Positions 38,541 to 51,071 are shown, numbered from the whole stretch's first letter. The stretch: DNA of 63,861 nt, filler included, from Sphacelaria rigidula (GCA_964200075.2; 5 parts of 5 records of this genome joined end to end with filler, not necessarily neighbours in it); one strand, 5' to 3'. Program-made: numbers and translations. Notes: generated by a model not told the origin, from the letters alone.

Positions 38541-38797
38541 GAGTGAACATACGGGAGGGGTACGCAAACATTTTCTGGGGTTAGAATCGTCAGGAGCCCT
38601 TCATCTCATCCCAGACACGTCTTATGAAAATACACGAGAGCACGCCAGGATTACTATTTCAATGCGCTGGGGATATCCCGAGTTTATCTACGAAGAGGGA
38701 TGCCCTAACCCATATTCTTGTGCGTCTACAGCCGTTAGGGGCTCCTTGCAGAGACCAAATTTCGCGAAACAAGTGCACCCCTACCGTAGCATTGCTC
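38541..38797. mobile_element. 257-bp Sola2-like MITE with GATG TSD
   Basis: gatg-GAG...CTC-gatg; homologous to 31193-31449. Confidence 0.85.
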
Positions 38798-38857
38798 GAT
38801 GGTAGTCGAGCTAAATCATATTGTGCGGCGTGGGAAGACATCAACTCCGCACAAAGC

Positions 38858-39195
38858 GGATGATCCCACTATGTAGTGTTTCAGCGGTGAGACACCCATG
38901 AGGCACTGCATAAGCCGTGGCTGTCTCTGGAAGTGGAAGTGGCGATAGCAGAAAAAGAAGTAACTCATTGGAGGCTGTCATCCTAATGCAAGATAATCAG
39001 TGGGCTTCGCGCCAAGCAATCTTCACGGGATGCAGCTCACCCTTCATGCGACTCGGCGAACACACCACGGCGCTTCGCGCTTGGTGATTGAGCGCGAGCC
39101 TGGTCCGGCAAAACCCCGGCGTGCTCCGTCCCGGCTTTGTAGGGATGCGAGGTCAGTGGTCTTTTGACTACGGCATGCATGATCATGAGCACCCC
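38858..39195 (+). repeat. Dispersed repeat R1 copy
   Basis: Aligns with 20295-20592 and 55039-55458. Confidence 0.8.
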
Positions 39196-39311
39196 CCCCC
39201 TCCCCCGTCCCCCATCACGAGGGGGGGGCTCGAATTGTGAGTATTGCGGGCATTTTTCTCTCGAAACGCGAAATACATGACCCATCTCCACTGTGATTGT
39301 GCTGGAAACAG

Positions 39312-39446
39312 GGCTCCCGTGGGAACACTATTTTGAAGGAGGATGAGCGCGCCTTGCGAGATCTGACCGTCGTCTATGGGGCGATGCCGCAGGGATCCCA
39401 GCCAGCGCGCATGAGGAAAACACAGGCACTCATCACGAAGCTAGAG
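39312..39446 (+). CDS. Penultimate exon of UBZ-finger protein (gene 4, partial)
   Basis: aacag|GGC acceptor and GAG|gtagga donor; 45 codons, phase 0-0. Confidence 0.6.
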
Positions 39447-39743
39447 GTAGGAACACGCTGTTGGGTTGATCCTACGAAATACATAGAAATCCATTCGAGT
39501 GTCTCACTTGTTTTAAGGTAATGACTTGGTAAAAAACAATTTTGTTATCAGGGATAGAGTTGGCTCCGAAGTTAAGCTCCTTTGGTGCCTGTCTCCTCGT
39601 TTCATGCCCTGCTGCTGTCAAATCACGTGTCCCACCCGACACACTCACGCCCCCTTGCGTTGGGCCTCTTGTCGTCGGTCTCTTTGAAAATCCCATGCAT
39701 GCACCTTGTACACATTCCTGTCGCTTTCCCGTGATGTCTGCAG

Positions 39744-40457
39744 ACCATCATGCCTGCGCTGTGCGACGCAGACAATGTAACCCAAGAGGTGAACGCTGTG
39801 CTGCCTAGCTGCCGTGCTAGGCGATCTGGGTCGGGCATGCGAAACCTCAGGATCGCTATCTGCATCCTGTCGGAGGAACTTCGACACGCTAAGGGAACTC
39901 AGCGCTCACAAACAACCCCGCCGCTGACTATCCGCGCCCTTTCATCCGCCACTGGTGGGTCGGAGAGCAGGCGTAACCCTGCTGGCACGTTCAGCCCCTC
40001 CACGAATGAAAGTTGCATTAGAAAACTACGCGTCACCATCGACGGCGCTCGCGATCTGCCGCCCAGAAAAACAAGCACTGGTGAGTCCATTAGCGGGTGC
40101 GATAGCAAGGATCGCTTCGGAGGGAGTGGGGCGGGTAACGAAGTCGAGGGACCTCGGCGCGGGCCGTGCCCCGTGTGTGGTCGGCAGTTTTCTGAAGCGG
40201 CCTACGAGGATCACGTCGTCTCGTGCGCCACCGAAGTGTTCGACGATGTCCCCGACATGATCGAACCCGCTGCGCATTCGTCGCAGCACACAGCAGCGGG
40301 CACTTCCGAAGAGCGAGGCAGACCTGGAAACGGCGGAGATGCTCCCAAGGACTGGTCGGACGGATCGACGCCAACGGATGAACGGGTCGTAATTTCCAGC
40401 GACCCGGAGTCCGAGGATGACATTGGTGGCGAACTCAGGGACGACAACCAACAATAA
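39744..40457 (+). CDS. Terminal exon with Rad18-type (UBZ4) zinc finger
   Basis: ctgcag|ACC acceptor; CPVC-x11-H-x3-C at 40167-40226; acidic tail; TAA stop. Confidence 0.7.
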   Translation, partial: TIMPALCDADNVTQEVNAVLPSCRARRSGSGMRNLRIAICILSEELRHAKGTQRSQTTPPLTIRALSSATGGSESRRNPAGTFSPSTNESCIRKLRVTIDGARDLPPRKTSTGESISGCDSKDRFGGSGAGNEVEGPRRGPCPVCGRQFSEAAYEDHVVSCATEVFDDVPDMIEPAAHSSQHTAAGTSEERGRPGNGGDAPKDWSDGSTPTDERVVISSDPESEDDIGGELRDDNQQ

Positions 40458-41141
40458 GAATAACGAGAGGAACGCGCTAACCTTGCCAAACCTGACCACG
40501 GCGGCGACACGAGGGAATGGTTATCCACAAATAAACACTGTCCTTAGCGGGGTTTCCACTCGGTACGTGGGTGTTGAGGTATGCGCGGAGCCGTGGGGTG
40601 GTCGCTATCGCGTGCACCCCGGGAATGTCATGGTGTCGAGGATAAACCTTGTGCGCTAGGCCTCGCCTTACCTGAAACCTTATGCAGCAGAGAGGCGAGA
40701 AATTCGATATGTGCATATTTGCGTCATGTTCGTTTTTTTTGTCTCCTCTCCCCGTTTGTCGATTAATCAAGCCCGGTGTTCGACCATGTACCGAACACTT
40801 GGAGTTGTCGTGATACAAAATGGATGAGGTCTGCGAAGCCAACCCGTACGCCTGTAGTCTCCGACCAAGCATACCTGTAGGACAGACGCTTTACGATCGG
40901 TTTTCGTGCCCAACTGAAGCGTGCTGGTGCCGTTACGCATGTTCATGGCAAATGCTGGACTTTAGCAACTCAGGTTTCGTGTGTCGCTAGGGCAGGAACA
41001 AAAAAGTCCGAGGACCAAAAGAACATGACGGTCGACTGATCACCCTCGACGATGTTGAACGCGTTGATTCTAGAGGGTGTTGGGAAATAACCTAGGTGCT
41101 TGCTATGGAGTTGTTCTACGAGGCACAACAAACAACCGACT

Positions 41142-41696
41142 ATCAAAATTGAGGATGGAGCTTTTCGTTGAGGTTCGGGAAGCCCCGGAACGGCGCGTGG
41201 AAAGTGCCCATATATATATTTCCCCTCAAGAGTCCGGTCCCTAAAGGTGAACATAAAAGGTACAGCAGAGTGAGATTCGACTTGTTAGGATCCAACCAGA
41301 TTGCTAAAAAGATTGTGTCGCCCGTACCTGGTGGTCTGCTTTTTCAAACTTGGAGTTCAGGTTTGACCCAGTACAAACACGACATTGTTTTTCAGCGGCC
41401 GATTTCGATTAAGAGTAACAAGTACAGGTGTGATCAGCGGCGAGTTGGATCATAAAAAATGGTGGTGAGGGGTCACGCCGGCTTTCCAGTCCCGGGCGGC
41501 CTATCGGATGAACAAGAACTCGAGACGGCTTCAGGACACCTCTGAGTTTTCCGGTGGCCGCAGGGGTTTTTGCTGAACTCGCATTCTTATCCAAGAACTG
41601 CCGAAGTATTCTCGGGGAGCTCATGTACGGGCATTTTCCGTGCGCCGTTCCGGGGATTCCTCACACTCAACGAAAAGCCTCATCCTCAATTTCGAT
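41142..41696. repeat. Degenerate inverted repeat (~75-bp arms), foldback/MITE relic
   Basis: aattgaggatggagcttttcgttgag...ccccggaacggcgc versus gcgccgttccgggg...ctcaacgaaaagcctcatcctcaatt. Confidence 0.65.
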
Positions 41697-41793
41697 TATT
41701 GGCGTTCAACACAAGTGTTCTGCAAGATTTGGACAAGCTTTTCTTAATGAACAGGTGTTCGACGATGGTTCGGGAACTTGATCCCGGGAAACA

Positions 41794-42050
41794 GAGAAAT
41801 GCTACGGTAGGGGTGCACAAATATTTTCTGAGGTCGGAATTGCTAGGAGCCCTTCATCTCATCCAAACCACAACCCATGAGAGATGTGAGAGTACACCGG
41901 GATTACTTTTCCGATGTGCTAGGGTTATTCCGAATGAATTTGCGAATGAAAATTGCCCTGACCCATATTCTTGTGCATCTTGAATCGTGAGGAGCCCCTG
42001 AACCAGACAAGACTTTGCGCAAAAAGTGCACCCCTACCGTAGCATTGCTC
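41794..42050. mobile_element. 257-bp Sola2-like MITE with AACA TSD
   Basis: aaca-GAGAAATGCTACGGTAGGGGTGCAC ... GTGCACCCCTACCGTAGCATTGCTC-aaca. Confidence 0.9.
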
Positions 42051-42457
42051 AACAGATATCATTTTACATCGCTCTTGGATGTTTCTATGAACTAAACACA
42101 TTGCCTAACGACTATAAGGGAACTACTCGAAACCAAATGCAGTATCTGACAACGTGATAGGAATCGTTTTGAGCCCGAGATGATTCCTGACAACGTATCA
42201 GATGTTTTCCTAGGTGAAGAGATTATATATGTCTTGTTTTGTCGAACGCGTGCAAAAATCGAATTAACGCAACTTCGAAACTTCAAAATAGACGTGGTCG
42301 GCCGGTACATTATAGCACGGCACAGCGCAGCGCGGTGCAGCGCCGCACACTCGTCCATCATGACTTCATTTGTACTAATTTTTGCGTGTATTGCTACGGT
42401 ATTTAGTAGCAGAGCAGGTCGCACCCCACCAGAGAAGCGATGATGACCAGCCCGTCC

Positions 42458-42756
42458 TGTGATCAACTCGTTTTATTAAACTGAGGGTTTTTTCTCTTTC
42501 AATCAACCAGTTGTTTGGGGAAATCACACAGCCCAAGCCAGAATACAAGCAACAATTGGGGATGAGGGTAAAAGTACAGCACAGCTTAAAGACTCACGTC
42601 AAGGCTGTGGGCTCACGACCGTGGAGGTGGAGAGATCGAAGGTGGTAGGTGATGGGTAAAACGCTCTTCTTTATCCAATAGGTGCCCGTAGGCCGGTTGG
42701 TGTGTCGAGTGGACTCGGTAGGCGAGATACAACAGCTGAGAAAAGATATTCTGTCA
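42458..42756 (-). repeat. Candidate 3' LTR of the Gypsy element
   Basis: Minus strand: purine-rich gcggggcaggagga, then TGACAG ... AATAAAA ... ATCACA. The second LTR is not in the window. Confidence 0.45.
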
Positions 42757-45559
42757 GTATGTCCTCCTGCCCCGCTTACAACATTGTCATAATACAAAAT
42801 CACCGTGACGCGCCGTGCCTTTAGCCAATCAAAGCTGTAGTAGCAGCAGGTATACGCGGCTAATCGGGTACAATCTTGTACCCAGCTTCAAGCCGCTGCG
42901 TCAACGAATAAAAACAACCCAATTCCTGCCTTATACAAACACACATTTGACTATAATTTTTCCATACCCGCCGGTCGTTTCTGGGGGCCATCTGCAAATC
43001 CCAAAAGAAATAGTTCAATTCAGGCACTCAGTCATTTGCCATCACATTAGCCCACCCTGGATCGTTCAAGTGAAGTTTCCTCTTAGAAGGGACGGACGTC
43101 CATCGAGCCACACCTCTCCCACACCACAGAAACCTGACACTCATTTTAAAGATCGCGTCTTTGTTGGTACGGGAAACGGGAAGGAGCGATCAACCCAAAA
43201 AAGATCAATAAAATACAAACTCAAGCACAAATCAGAGAGAAAACAAATCGAACCGATAATCGGTGACCTCATGTTCCGTGAGCCTTCCGGACGAAGTAAT
43301 GGGAACTCCAAAATAAAAATCCAAAATCAACGATCAAACCATATACCACAAAATGAAATGTCTTCAGAATGTCGTGAGAATTTCCGGGACAGCCACAGGA
43401 AATCAGAAACCTATCATTGGAACGATTATCCTACCCTGTCATAACCATATCATGAATAAATAGTTCACTCTTTTCCGGATGTCCGATTTGTTTTAGGTAA
43501 TTGGTAGAAAAACAAGCAAGCCCGCCAAGGCATTCTATCACTCCGATAACCAAGTTCATGCTAATCACTCGTCCCAGTCAATCAGCAAAAGTCAGCAACG
43601 TACAGCCGATTTCGTCGCGGAAATGGTAGTTCCCCGCGAAAACCATACGGTGGTGAAAAAAAATAAATGATACGAACAAATCAACTCGTTGACGGGAGTT
43701 AATTGTCGGTACATGTTTGTGAGAGCAACAACTTGCTTAAGACGTCTGGGTGATGATCCAGTCGTATAGTATATATATTTTTTTCTCACCCGACGAGATA
43801 CGAAACCAACCGGCTGGTTTGTGAGGTCAGGTGTCCGTACACGTCAAAACAAATGTAGTGGAGTCAATACACAACCTTCGGGCCTACTACGTAGTTCCGA
43901 GGCGGATCGCCCACCACATTTCTGAACCACGACAAACACACAGGATAGAGAGGACCAACGCAGCCCACTCCTCACAGCATTTGCCCGTTCGGAATAAAAC
44001 GAGACTGGCCTGAACACAAACTGGAGTAAAAACCACAGCCGGTCGTACCGTCACGTTACTTTGTCTCATAATCCCTGATAAAAACAAAACACCGCCGACC
44101 GATTTCAGGGGCGGGTAACTGTAAGCAAAAAACTGGTAAAAGTGACAGAAGAAAATAGCGAGTGGCGGACTCTGAGCCTGTAGGCTGTACCAACGGTCGA
44201 ATATCGACATGGCGGAACGGACAGTTCTGGAAGAGCAATCTACCTTATCATGATACGTAATGGTCCTGTATGAGGAGACGTTTGCAACCGATTGTACCGC
44301 GACTTTATGACAAAAGGATCACAGCTATGTACGACGTGGTCAGTGGTGACCTCGTTGTAACTTACCAATCACCAAGTAGAAACCATCGCGTCGCATCACC
44401 CGTGACCCTCCTATAAATGAGGTTGGTCACACGCGGCAGGATTCGCAAAACAAAATAGGTCAAGTGTTCTAGACTCGAGGGTCAAGAACGTTGGAGCAAT
44501 CGTGGAAACTTTCCGACATAGACGCAGAAACCAAGACCAAAAATAAATTCAAAAACAGGAGCACGCCGGGCAACAGCAAAAACGAAATATCCGCAACATA
44601 TAGCAGAGAAAAAACACGTGACAACCGTCCTTGTAAACGGGAGCGGTTATCGTATGTATGAAGCAAGCAGGGTCAAAAGTTTCAGCCAAGGAGGTCAAAA
44701 CATTTCAGGCAAACCCATGTTGATATAAAACTCAACGTGGTACGCACACAAAAAGGGGGCACGCCATTACCGATCCTGAAGGGGGAGGCGGTATGCGTGT
44801 ACGGAGCGGTTGGGCAAGAGCGCAATTATTCAAGATGGGGAGGTCAGGTATATCTAGCGCTCGCTCCTAAAACTCTCGACCGAAAAGACAAAAAAACAAG
44901 AACACCAACAACGTATTACACAACAGACAAAAGGTTCGTACAACGAAAAAAAAAATGAAGAAATAAATAACTTGTGGCAGCTGTTCCAGTAGACGGAATG
45001 GTTGTGAATGTACGGCGCAGAGGACGGAGGTTCAAGGTTCCAGACTCGGGGTCAGGAATGGAACGGTCGTCACATATACTCTGCCAGATGAACCCAGAAT
45101 TAACCAAGAAAAGTACCCATTGAACACAAAAATCGAACAGAAAGCACGAGGCGTAAAGAGAATAAAATATGAGAGGAAAACAGGAAAAAACAAAGACAAA
45201 AACAAATCAAAACAAATGACGCAAAGGCAAAGAAAACCGAAACATAAAATCAGGTCCAAAGCAACAACAAACAAAACATGACACAAACAAAATACGAAGT
45301 ACAAAAACAAAAGACCAATACTAATTACAAGACACGACATCAACCACTAGAAGTACGAGGCTGTTCATTAAGAAAAATATGAAGGGGGGAGGTGGGGGAA
45401 CACATGGTTTTCCAGCGACGCCAGAATGCAAGACAAGCGACTCGAACGCGGTACACTACGCAAGGTGAATGGGAAAGCAGACTCGGATGCGGCATCATAA
45501 GTCCTCTGCATCCCAAGCGGTGTCCGTGTTCCGTAGAACGGCTGTTTCGAGTTCGCCTT

Positions 45560-45790
45560 GGTGGTGTCGTTGGAGGTACCAGGATCCCCTCCGAGCGGTC
45601 GGCTCCCCGGTGTAGTAAGCATCATCCAAGCGAATCTTAAGGGGGCTCGGGTCACCGAGGAAGCGGATAAAGTAGGAGTGGTCAGACTAAAGGATCGACC
45701 AAATGAATTTTACCCAACCACCACAGTGAATCCAAGGCCTTATACCAAAAATACGCCCCTTTCAGCAATCGTTCTCCGTGAAAACACTGC
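45560..45790 (-). pseudogene. PWWP/Tudor-like extension after the integrase chromodomain
   Basis: LLKGAYFWYKALDSLWWLGKIH / (frameshift) DHSYFIRFLGDPSPLKIRLDDAYYT...GSWYLQRH. Confidence 0.5.
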
Positions 45791-45795
45791 ATGTA

Positions 45796-47280
45796 TTATG
45801 AACGCGAAAGAAGGCTATAGCCTGTCACAACAAGTCGAGCTGAGTGTTCACGTGCCAGTTTCCGAGCGGCAGCTCCCTTGCGCATCGACCGATATCTCTT
45901 ATTCAACGGGCGGTGTTGGACGGTATCTCCTACCCAGTACAGCAATATTTCCCGACGAAAATAACGAAAATCAACTTCACGCTCGCATGTAACACGCATG
46001 ATACCCTTCCAATGTGTTTGATACATCACCGCTACCTTGCCTCCACGACCGCGAACAACTTGATGGTCCGAAATCCTATCTACCTCAACACGTTTCAGGG
46101 GTGCGTCCGCATCCTCGACCATCATATGATACGGCGGAGTTTTGATCGCACACTTGGTCAACACATACTGGCTAAGCCCTAGCGGCAGTTGTTTGGGCAT
46201 GTCGGAGGAGTCATGAGGGGGGATAAACGGTTTGCGTCGTAGCATCGAAACACGATTGTTCGGTTTTAAACCAGGTTCATCCGTGGGAAAATCTAAATAC
46301 AAAAGTTTCGCTCCCACCGGACTCTTGTCGGGTGCGGTAGCGCTTGGACCAACAGCCAAAATTTCCCAAGGACCAGTCCAATTCAGGGATAGTTTCGCCT
46401 TCAACACCCCAAAAAAGATGATTTCGAGATAGCCCCTTGATTGATGGCGTTCACATCGTTATACACCCATGCCCATTGGCCTACCTTCCACACCGGGTGG
46501 TTATGTACCACATCATCCAACCTCGAGTTCGCCCTGGCAACCTTGGCCAAATTGATTCGGTTCTGTTCTCGTACCACTTCATAGGCAAGACGAAGGCGAT
46601 TGCTAACCGACAAATGATACTCTACAACATCACGATCTAGACTCTGATACCCGCCTGTAGCTTTGCGTTCGAATACCGTTAAAGGTAACCTAGGCATGCG
46701 TCCAAAATGAATTTCATTCGGCGACAATCCCGTAGCGGCATTGACTGAATTGTTGCAGTTCATCTGGACAAGGGGCAAGTGCAGATCCCAGTCCATCTGT
46801 CCCTCATTTGCTACAGCAGCAAGCATCTGTGCTATCGTATGGTTAACTCGTTCCTCTCCACCATTGGTGCAAGGGTGATATGAACTATTGAAAATGCGAT
46901 GGGCACCCCAAAGGTCACTGACGGCGGCTGAACGTTTGCCTGAAAAATGCGGGCCGTTGTCAGATAGTAAGCGTTTGGGTACACCCCACTGTGGAATGTA
47001 CATGTAGACAATAATGTCGGCGGTACCTTCCGCGGGATAACTACTGGGGGGGGCCGGCGTGCATCACCGCGTGTCGACTAAATCTATCCGTAAACGACAA
47101 AATATACTTATCTCCACTATCCGTAAGGGGCAAAGGACCACAATAGTCCCAGAAACTACTTCACCAGGCCCGTTTGGGAGTGGCATGGAAACAATCGGCC
47201 AACGAACTGTTTGACGAGAAGTGTTTCGCGCCTGACACAATAGACAACGCCTCACCCACCAACGACAAGACTGATCCATA
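45796..47280 (-). pseudogene. Gypsy integrase with GPY/F-like motif and chromodomain
   Basis: WVRRCLLCQAR; WGVPKRLLSDNGPHF; NGGEERVNHT; WTGPWEI; chromodomain VEVDRISDHQ...YQTHWKG...ERE at ~45934-46089. Confidence 0.9.
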
Positions 47281-48433
47281 CAAATCCACCTATAAAACGT
47301 TCCAACATCTGGGAGGTCCTAATGGCACCTAGATGAGTCGATGCCTGTGAATGGCATTCGTGTAGAACCCATGGGCGCAGGAGCATCGGGACATAGATGC
47401 GGATGGGTTCATCACCTAGCAAGCGGGCATGTCGACTTGTAGGCTTCCCCCTGGGGAGGGCTGCTGTGGGCCGGCGAACTAACAGAACTATACCATCATC
47501 ATCCGTATGTAGCATACCTTTCCTTGAAAGTTCAGTAACTTCATCCTGTGCGGGCGCTTTGAGATTCCCGACTGGCAAATGGAATTCGGTTTCTGATAAT
47601 GGACATGGGTAACTTTTAGGTAGATAATGGATAGCTGATTTACAAGCAGGTTCTGCCTGTTGTTCCCGGGCCCTATTGGCGTGGGAGAAGAGAGTCAGAC
47701 GTTCCTTGAATACACCATTTGTTGAAGCGTCTACTTCGTGTTGGGTCGGTTCGGGGCGGGGTTGGCACGAAGCGGTGATTTCGGAATCAAGGGTGAGCCT
47801 ACCAGTTGGTGTACTCTCAGACGGAGCGTTAACGTCTACTCCTGCGTCGATTAGCGTGGAGGATGTTGTGGTGGTGTTTGCAATATCATCACCAAGGGAG
47901 GGGGGCACAGCCGTGGTTTCGGCTATGGTAGGCAGGGGCGGCACGGTCGGGGTCGATCCCGGAGGCTGCGGGGGCGCAAGGAAACGATCGGGGACCGGGG
48001 TGGGGGCAGGGAGGGGAAGGTCAAGACCAGATACGGCTAATTTGGTGGCCGTTTCGGCGGTTTGCCGTCCACGAGTCCTACTCGAAATCAAATCTCGAAC
48101 TTGAACTGGTAAAAGCGAGTCAGCAAAGGACGGTTCTACACCTGCTACGAAAACCATGCGCTGGCCACTTGCACGAAAATGATCATAGCCAACAGTATTC
48201 GTAGACAGTCCATTCAAAACTGAGTACAACGATTGAGGTTGCAAGCTGCCTAGGACTGATGCGTGGGCTGACGACCACAGCCCACCCATGCCTAAAGCCG
48301 GCGTTTCTCTCCGTGAAAGTGGTGTGTAGAGACCTCCGAGTTCATTCCTGTTGATGAAATATACAATGTCTTCGGTGGGATCGGTGATACGTCCCATGGC
48401 GGATTCATCGATAGGTTGAGCTGGTGTGGGCAA
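47252..48433 (-). pseudogene. Long Pro/Thr-rich pol linker plus the first half of the integrase zinc-binding motif
   Basis: 393-aa open frame ending IYVPMLLRPWVLHECH...HLGAIRT. Confidence 0.75.
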
Positions 48434-48439
48434 GTGTGA

Positions 48440-48913
48440 CAGAAAGTCGGCGTTTGCATTCTAGGGACCTGTGCGGTAGATCAGTTGAAAGGTGTAAGAC
48501 GACAGGATTTCGAACCAGCGTTGGACCCTAGCGTTGTGTTCCGCCATTTTGGCTAGGCTTTCCAAAGACTTATGATCGGTATAAATCACTAACGGGATGT
48601 CATACAAATACTGACGCAGACGTCGCACGCCCCAAACAACTGCGCCGGCCTCTTATTCCATGACAGACCAATTCTATTCATTCGGAAAAGTGGTGCGACT
48701 CAGATAGACAATGAGACGAACAGTAGCATCGACTTGCACCTGTTCTAATATGCAGCCAAACCCAATTTTGGAAGAACCTGTGTGGAGCCAGAAAGAGCGG
48801 GAACCCTGCTCCGCGGCCGACCAGTCGGGGAAGACGAGAATCGGCGGGCGCGAAAGGGTGTCAAGAAGATGGCGGACGGTCTTTTCCATTTCCAATGTGA
48901 ACACAAATTTCAC
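48440..48913 (-). pseudogene. Gypsy RNase H
   Basis: PPILVFPDW; HTGSSKIGFGCILEQ (decayed TDAS); IYTDHKSL; ARVQRW; NANADFLS. Confidence 0.88.
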
Positions 48914-48973
48914 CCCTTTTTTGAGGAGGGTAGTGAGGGGTTCGAGCTTTTGGGCAAGGTTTGTTAAGTACTG

Positions 48974-49753
48974 TTAGTCGTAGCTTAGACCTACCAACAA
49001 GGAACGCAGTTGAAAAATGTCCCGTGGCATGGGCATATCGGAGAGTGAGGCGACCTTGTCGAGGTTTGGGCTACGACCTTCGGGGGTGATACAATGACCC
49101 AAGAACTCAATCTTCGTGGCACCAATGCGGGATTTGGAGGGCGCGAGTTTCAAGTTGTGTTGTTCAAACCGATTAAAAAATGATGCCAACTGTTCGACGT
49201 GTTCAGCCGGTGTGGAGTTGTGGCACACCGCGCCATCAAGGTACACATGGCATTTGGACAATCCATCAGTTACACGGAACATTACACGCTGAAACGCACC
49301 TGGAGCTCCGGCGGCACCTTGTGGTGTAACCAGCCACTCGTAGAAACCTGATGGCGTGCAAAACGCTGTCAGTTCAATGGAATTTGGATCCATCACGAGC
49401 TGGTGGTTGCCGGACTGCATGTCAAAGTTCGAAAATACTTTACCCCCGCCAAGAGAGTCAAATATTTTATCAATCCGTGGAAGTGGCAGCCGGGCGATTT
49501 TGGTGACAGCGTTCAATCGTTGATAATTGACCGTCAGTCTGATTTTATCATTGTTCTTACGGACGACTACTGAAGGCGAGGCCCACGGAGACGTCGAGTG
49601 CCGAATTAAACCGACGGAGAAGCAACCATCTAGAATTACCTGGATCTTATCCGCTAAGAGGGGGTTCGTACGGTACGGACGCATAGCAATAGGCGGAGTG
49701 CCATCAGGAATCTTGATCGTAAACGGTGTCGTGGTACATCGGCCTAAATCCAA
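48974..49753 (-). pseudogene. Gypsy reverse transcriptase
   Basis: SPWASP; TAFCTPSGFYEW; PQGAAGAPGAFQR; YLDG (YLDD mutated); FLGH. Confidence 0.93.
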
Positions 49754-50266
49754 GGGTGCAGTAGAAAACCGTTCAGAGTATCAAATCAAGATGGATCTCA
49801 ATCTATCGATTACAGTGGGTGTCCAATCATCGCCAGATAAATCAAAAACAATATGCCGTAAGTGAGGGGGAATGTCATCCCACAACGTTTGAAAACTGGC
49901 GGGCTGTCCTGGAGAAAATCTATCCAGTAATGCAGTTGGGGGTTGAGGGTCAGGCGCATCCGGTGGATTTGTCACCACCATGGGGTCAGGCATGTGTAGC
50001 GGAGGGGGGGGCGTGGATTTCGGGGGGTCGGTCGGCGAGTTGTTGTTCGCCGGGGGGCACACATCTGACAGGGCTGTTTGTATGAGAGGCGCTTGAGCAT
50101 AACCCAACAACTGACGTATATCGAAACATGCAGGGGGCGTGAGGTAAATGGCCTGCCTACCTTTGTGGACAAGGACTTCGGTCTGTTCAAACGGACCAAC
50201 CTGTGCTTGGTCCGATTTGAGCAATTCGACCAAATAATGTCCTGAGAGGGCGGGCGATCAATTGAG

Positions 50267-50519
50267 GAGCAGTGCTACCATAGGGGTTGCACTTTTTGTT
50301 TCTGGGTCTCATTTTAGTAGGAGCCCAAGTATGTGGGGCTTACTGTGCTACCCAAATCTCTGGGGACAGGACATGGAAATGCACACAGGGTCTTTTTCGT
50401 GAATCGGCATCATATTCAGTCTTTTTCAAGTGAAAATAATGCCGATTCTCAAAATGATCCTTGCAACACCCCGAGAAACATTTTCGCTCAAAAAGTGCAA
50501 CCCTACCGTAGCATCACTC
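50267..50519. mobile_element. Degenerate Sola2-like MITE nested in Gypsy pol
   Basis: GAGCAGTGCTACCATAGGGG ... CCCTACCGTAGCATCACTC. TSD not preserved. Confidence 0.75.
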
Positions 50520-51045
50520 TACGTCTCACGAGGTTCTCTTGGATAAGTTGGGGTTCACGAGAAAGCGAGACTACAGGTTCATCAACATAGTACAGACGTA
50601 AATCATTACCTGTTTGCGTGGGGTCATCCTCATAAGAATGAGCTCCCGAATCAGTGTCGAAGTGACCCAGTGACAGTTTGCCTGTGACTGGACGGTTTGC
50701 GACAGGTGTGTCCGTCGTATACGTGTGTGTGGAAAAACGAAGCCAACTATCTCGACCCAACAAAACATCAAAAGACATGGAACCGTCGGGCACAATTAGT
50801 GCCCATACGGACAGCCGAGCAGTGGGAGTAGTATCCTGGTAAAATTGTACACTTAGTCTCACCGATTGATTGACCGTAAGATATCTGGAGAAACCAAACC
50901 CACCAAAAACACGAGGGCGCACGGTGGACAGACAATGCTCGTCTGCCGCACCCGCCTTGATCATCTGTTGCCAGCAGCTGGCTGTAATGAACGTTTGAGG
51001 TGAACCAGAGTTTGGGAGTGCAAATGACAGTTTGCACGCGTTCCA
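50520..51045 (-). pseudogene. Gypsy aspartic protease region
   Basis: Decayed (D)SGSPQTFI and FDVLLGRDSW motifs. Confidence 0.75.
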
Positions 51046-51071
51046 CTATGTAAACCTATCTTGGTCGTAAA

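Larger units (their letters stand above)
42458..51071 (-). mobile_element. Decayed Ty3/Gypsy chromodomain-bearing retrotransposon; 5' end cut off by the contig end
   Basis: PR-RT-RH-INT-chromodomain order on the minus strand, with multiple stops and frameshifts. About 3 kb of 3' region, then candidate PPT and LTR. Confidence 0.9.

Noticed and set aside
45032-45343. Hydrophobic ORF as an env transmembrane protein
   Set aside because: It arises from a T-rich low-complexity tract typical of LTR-element UTRs.
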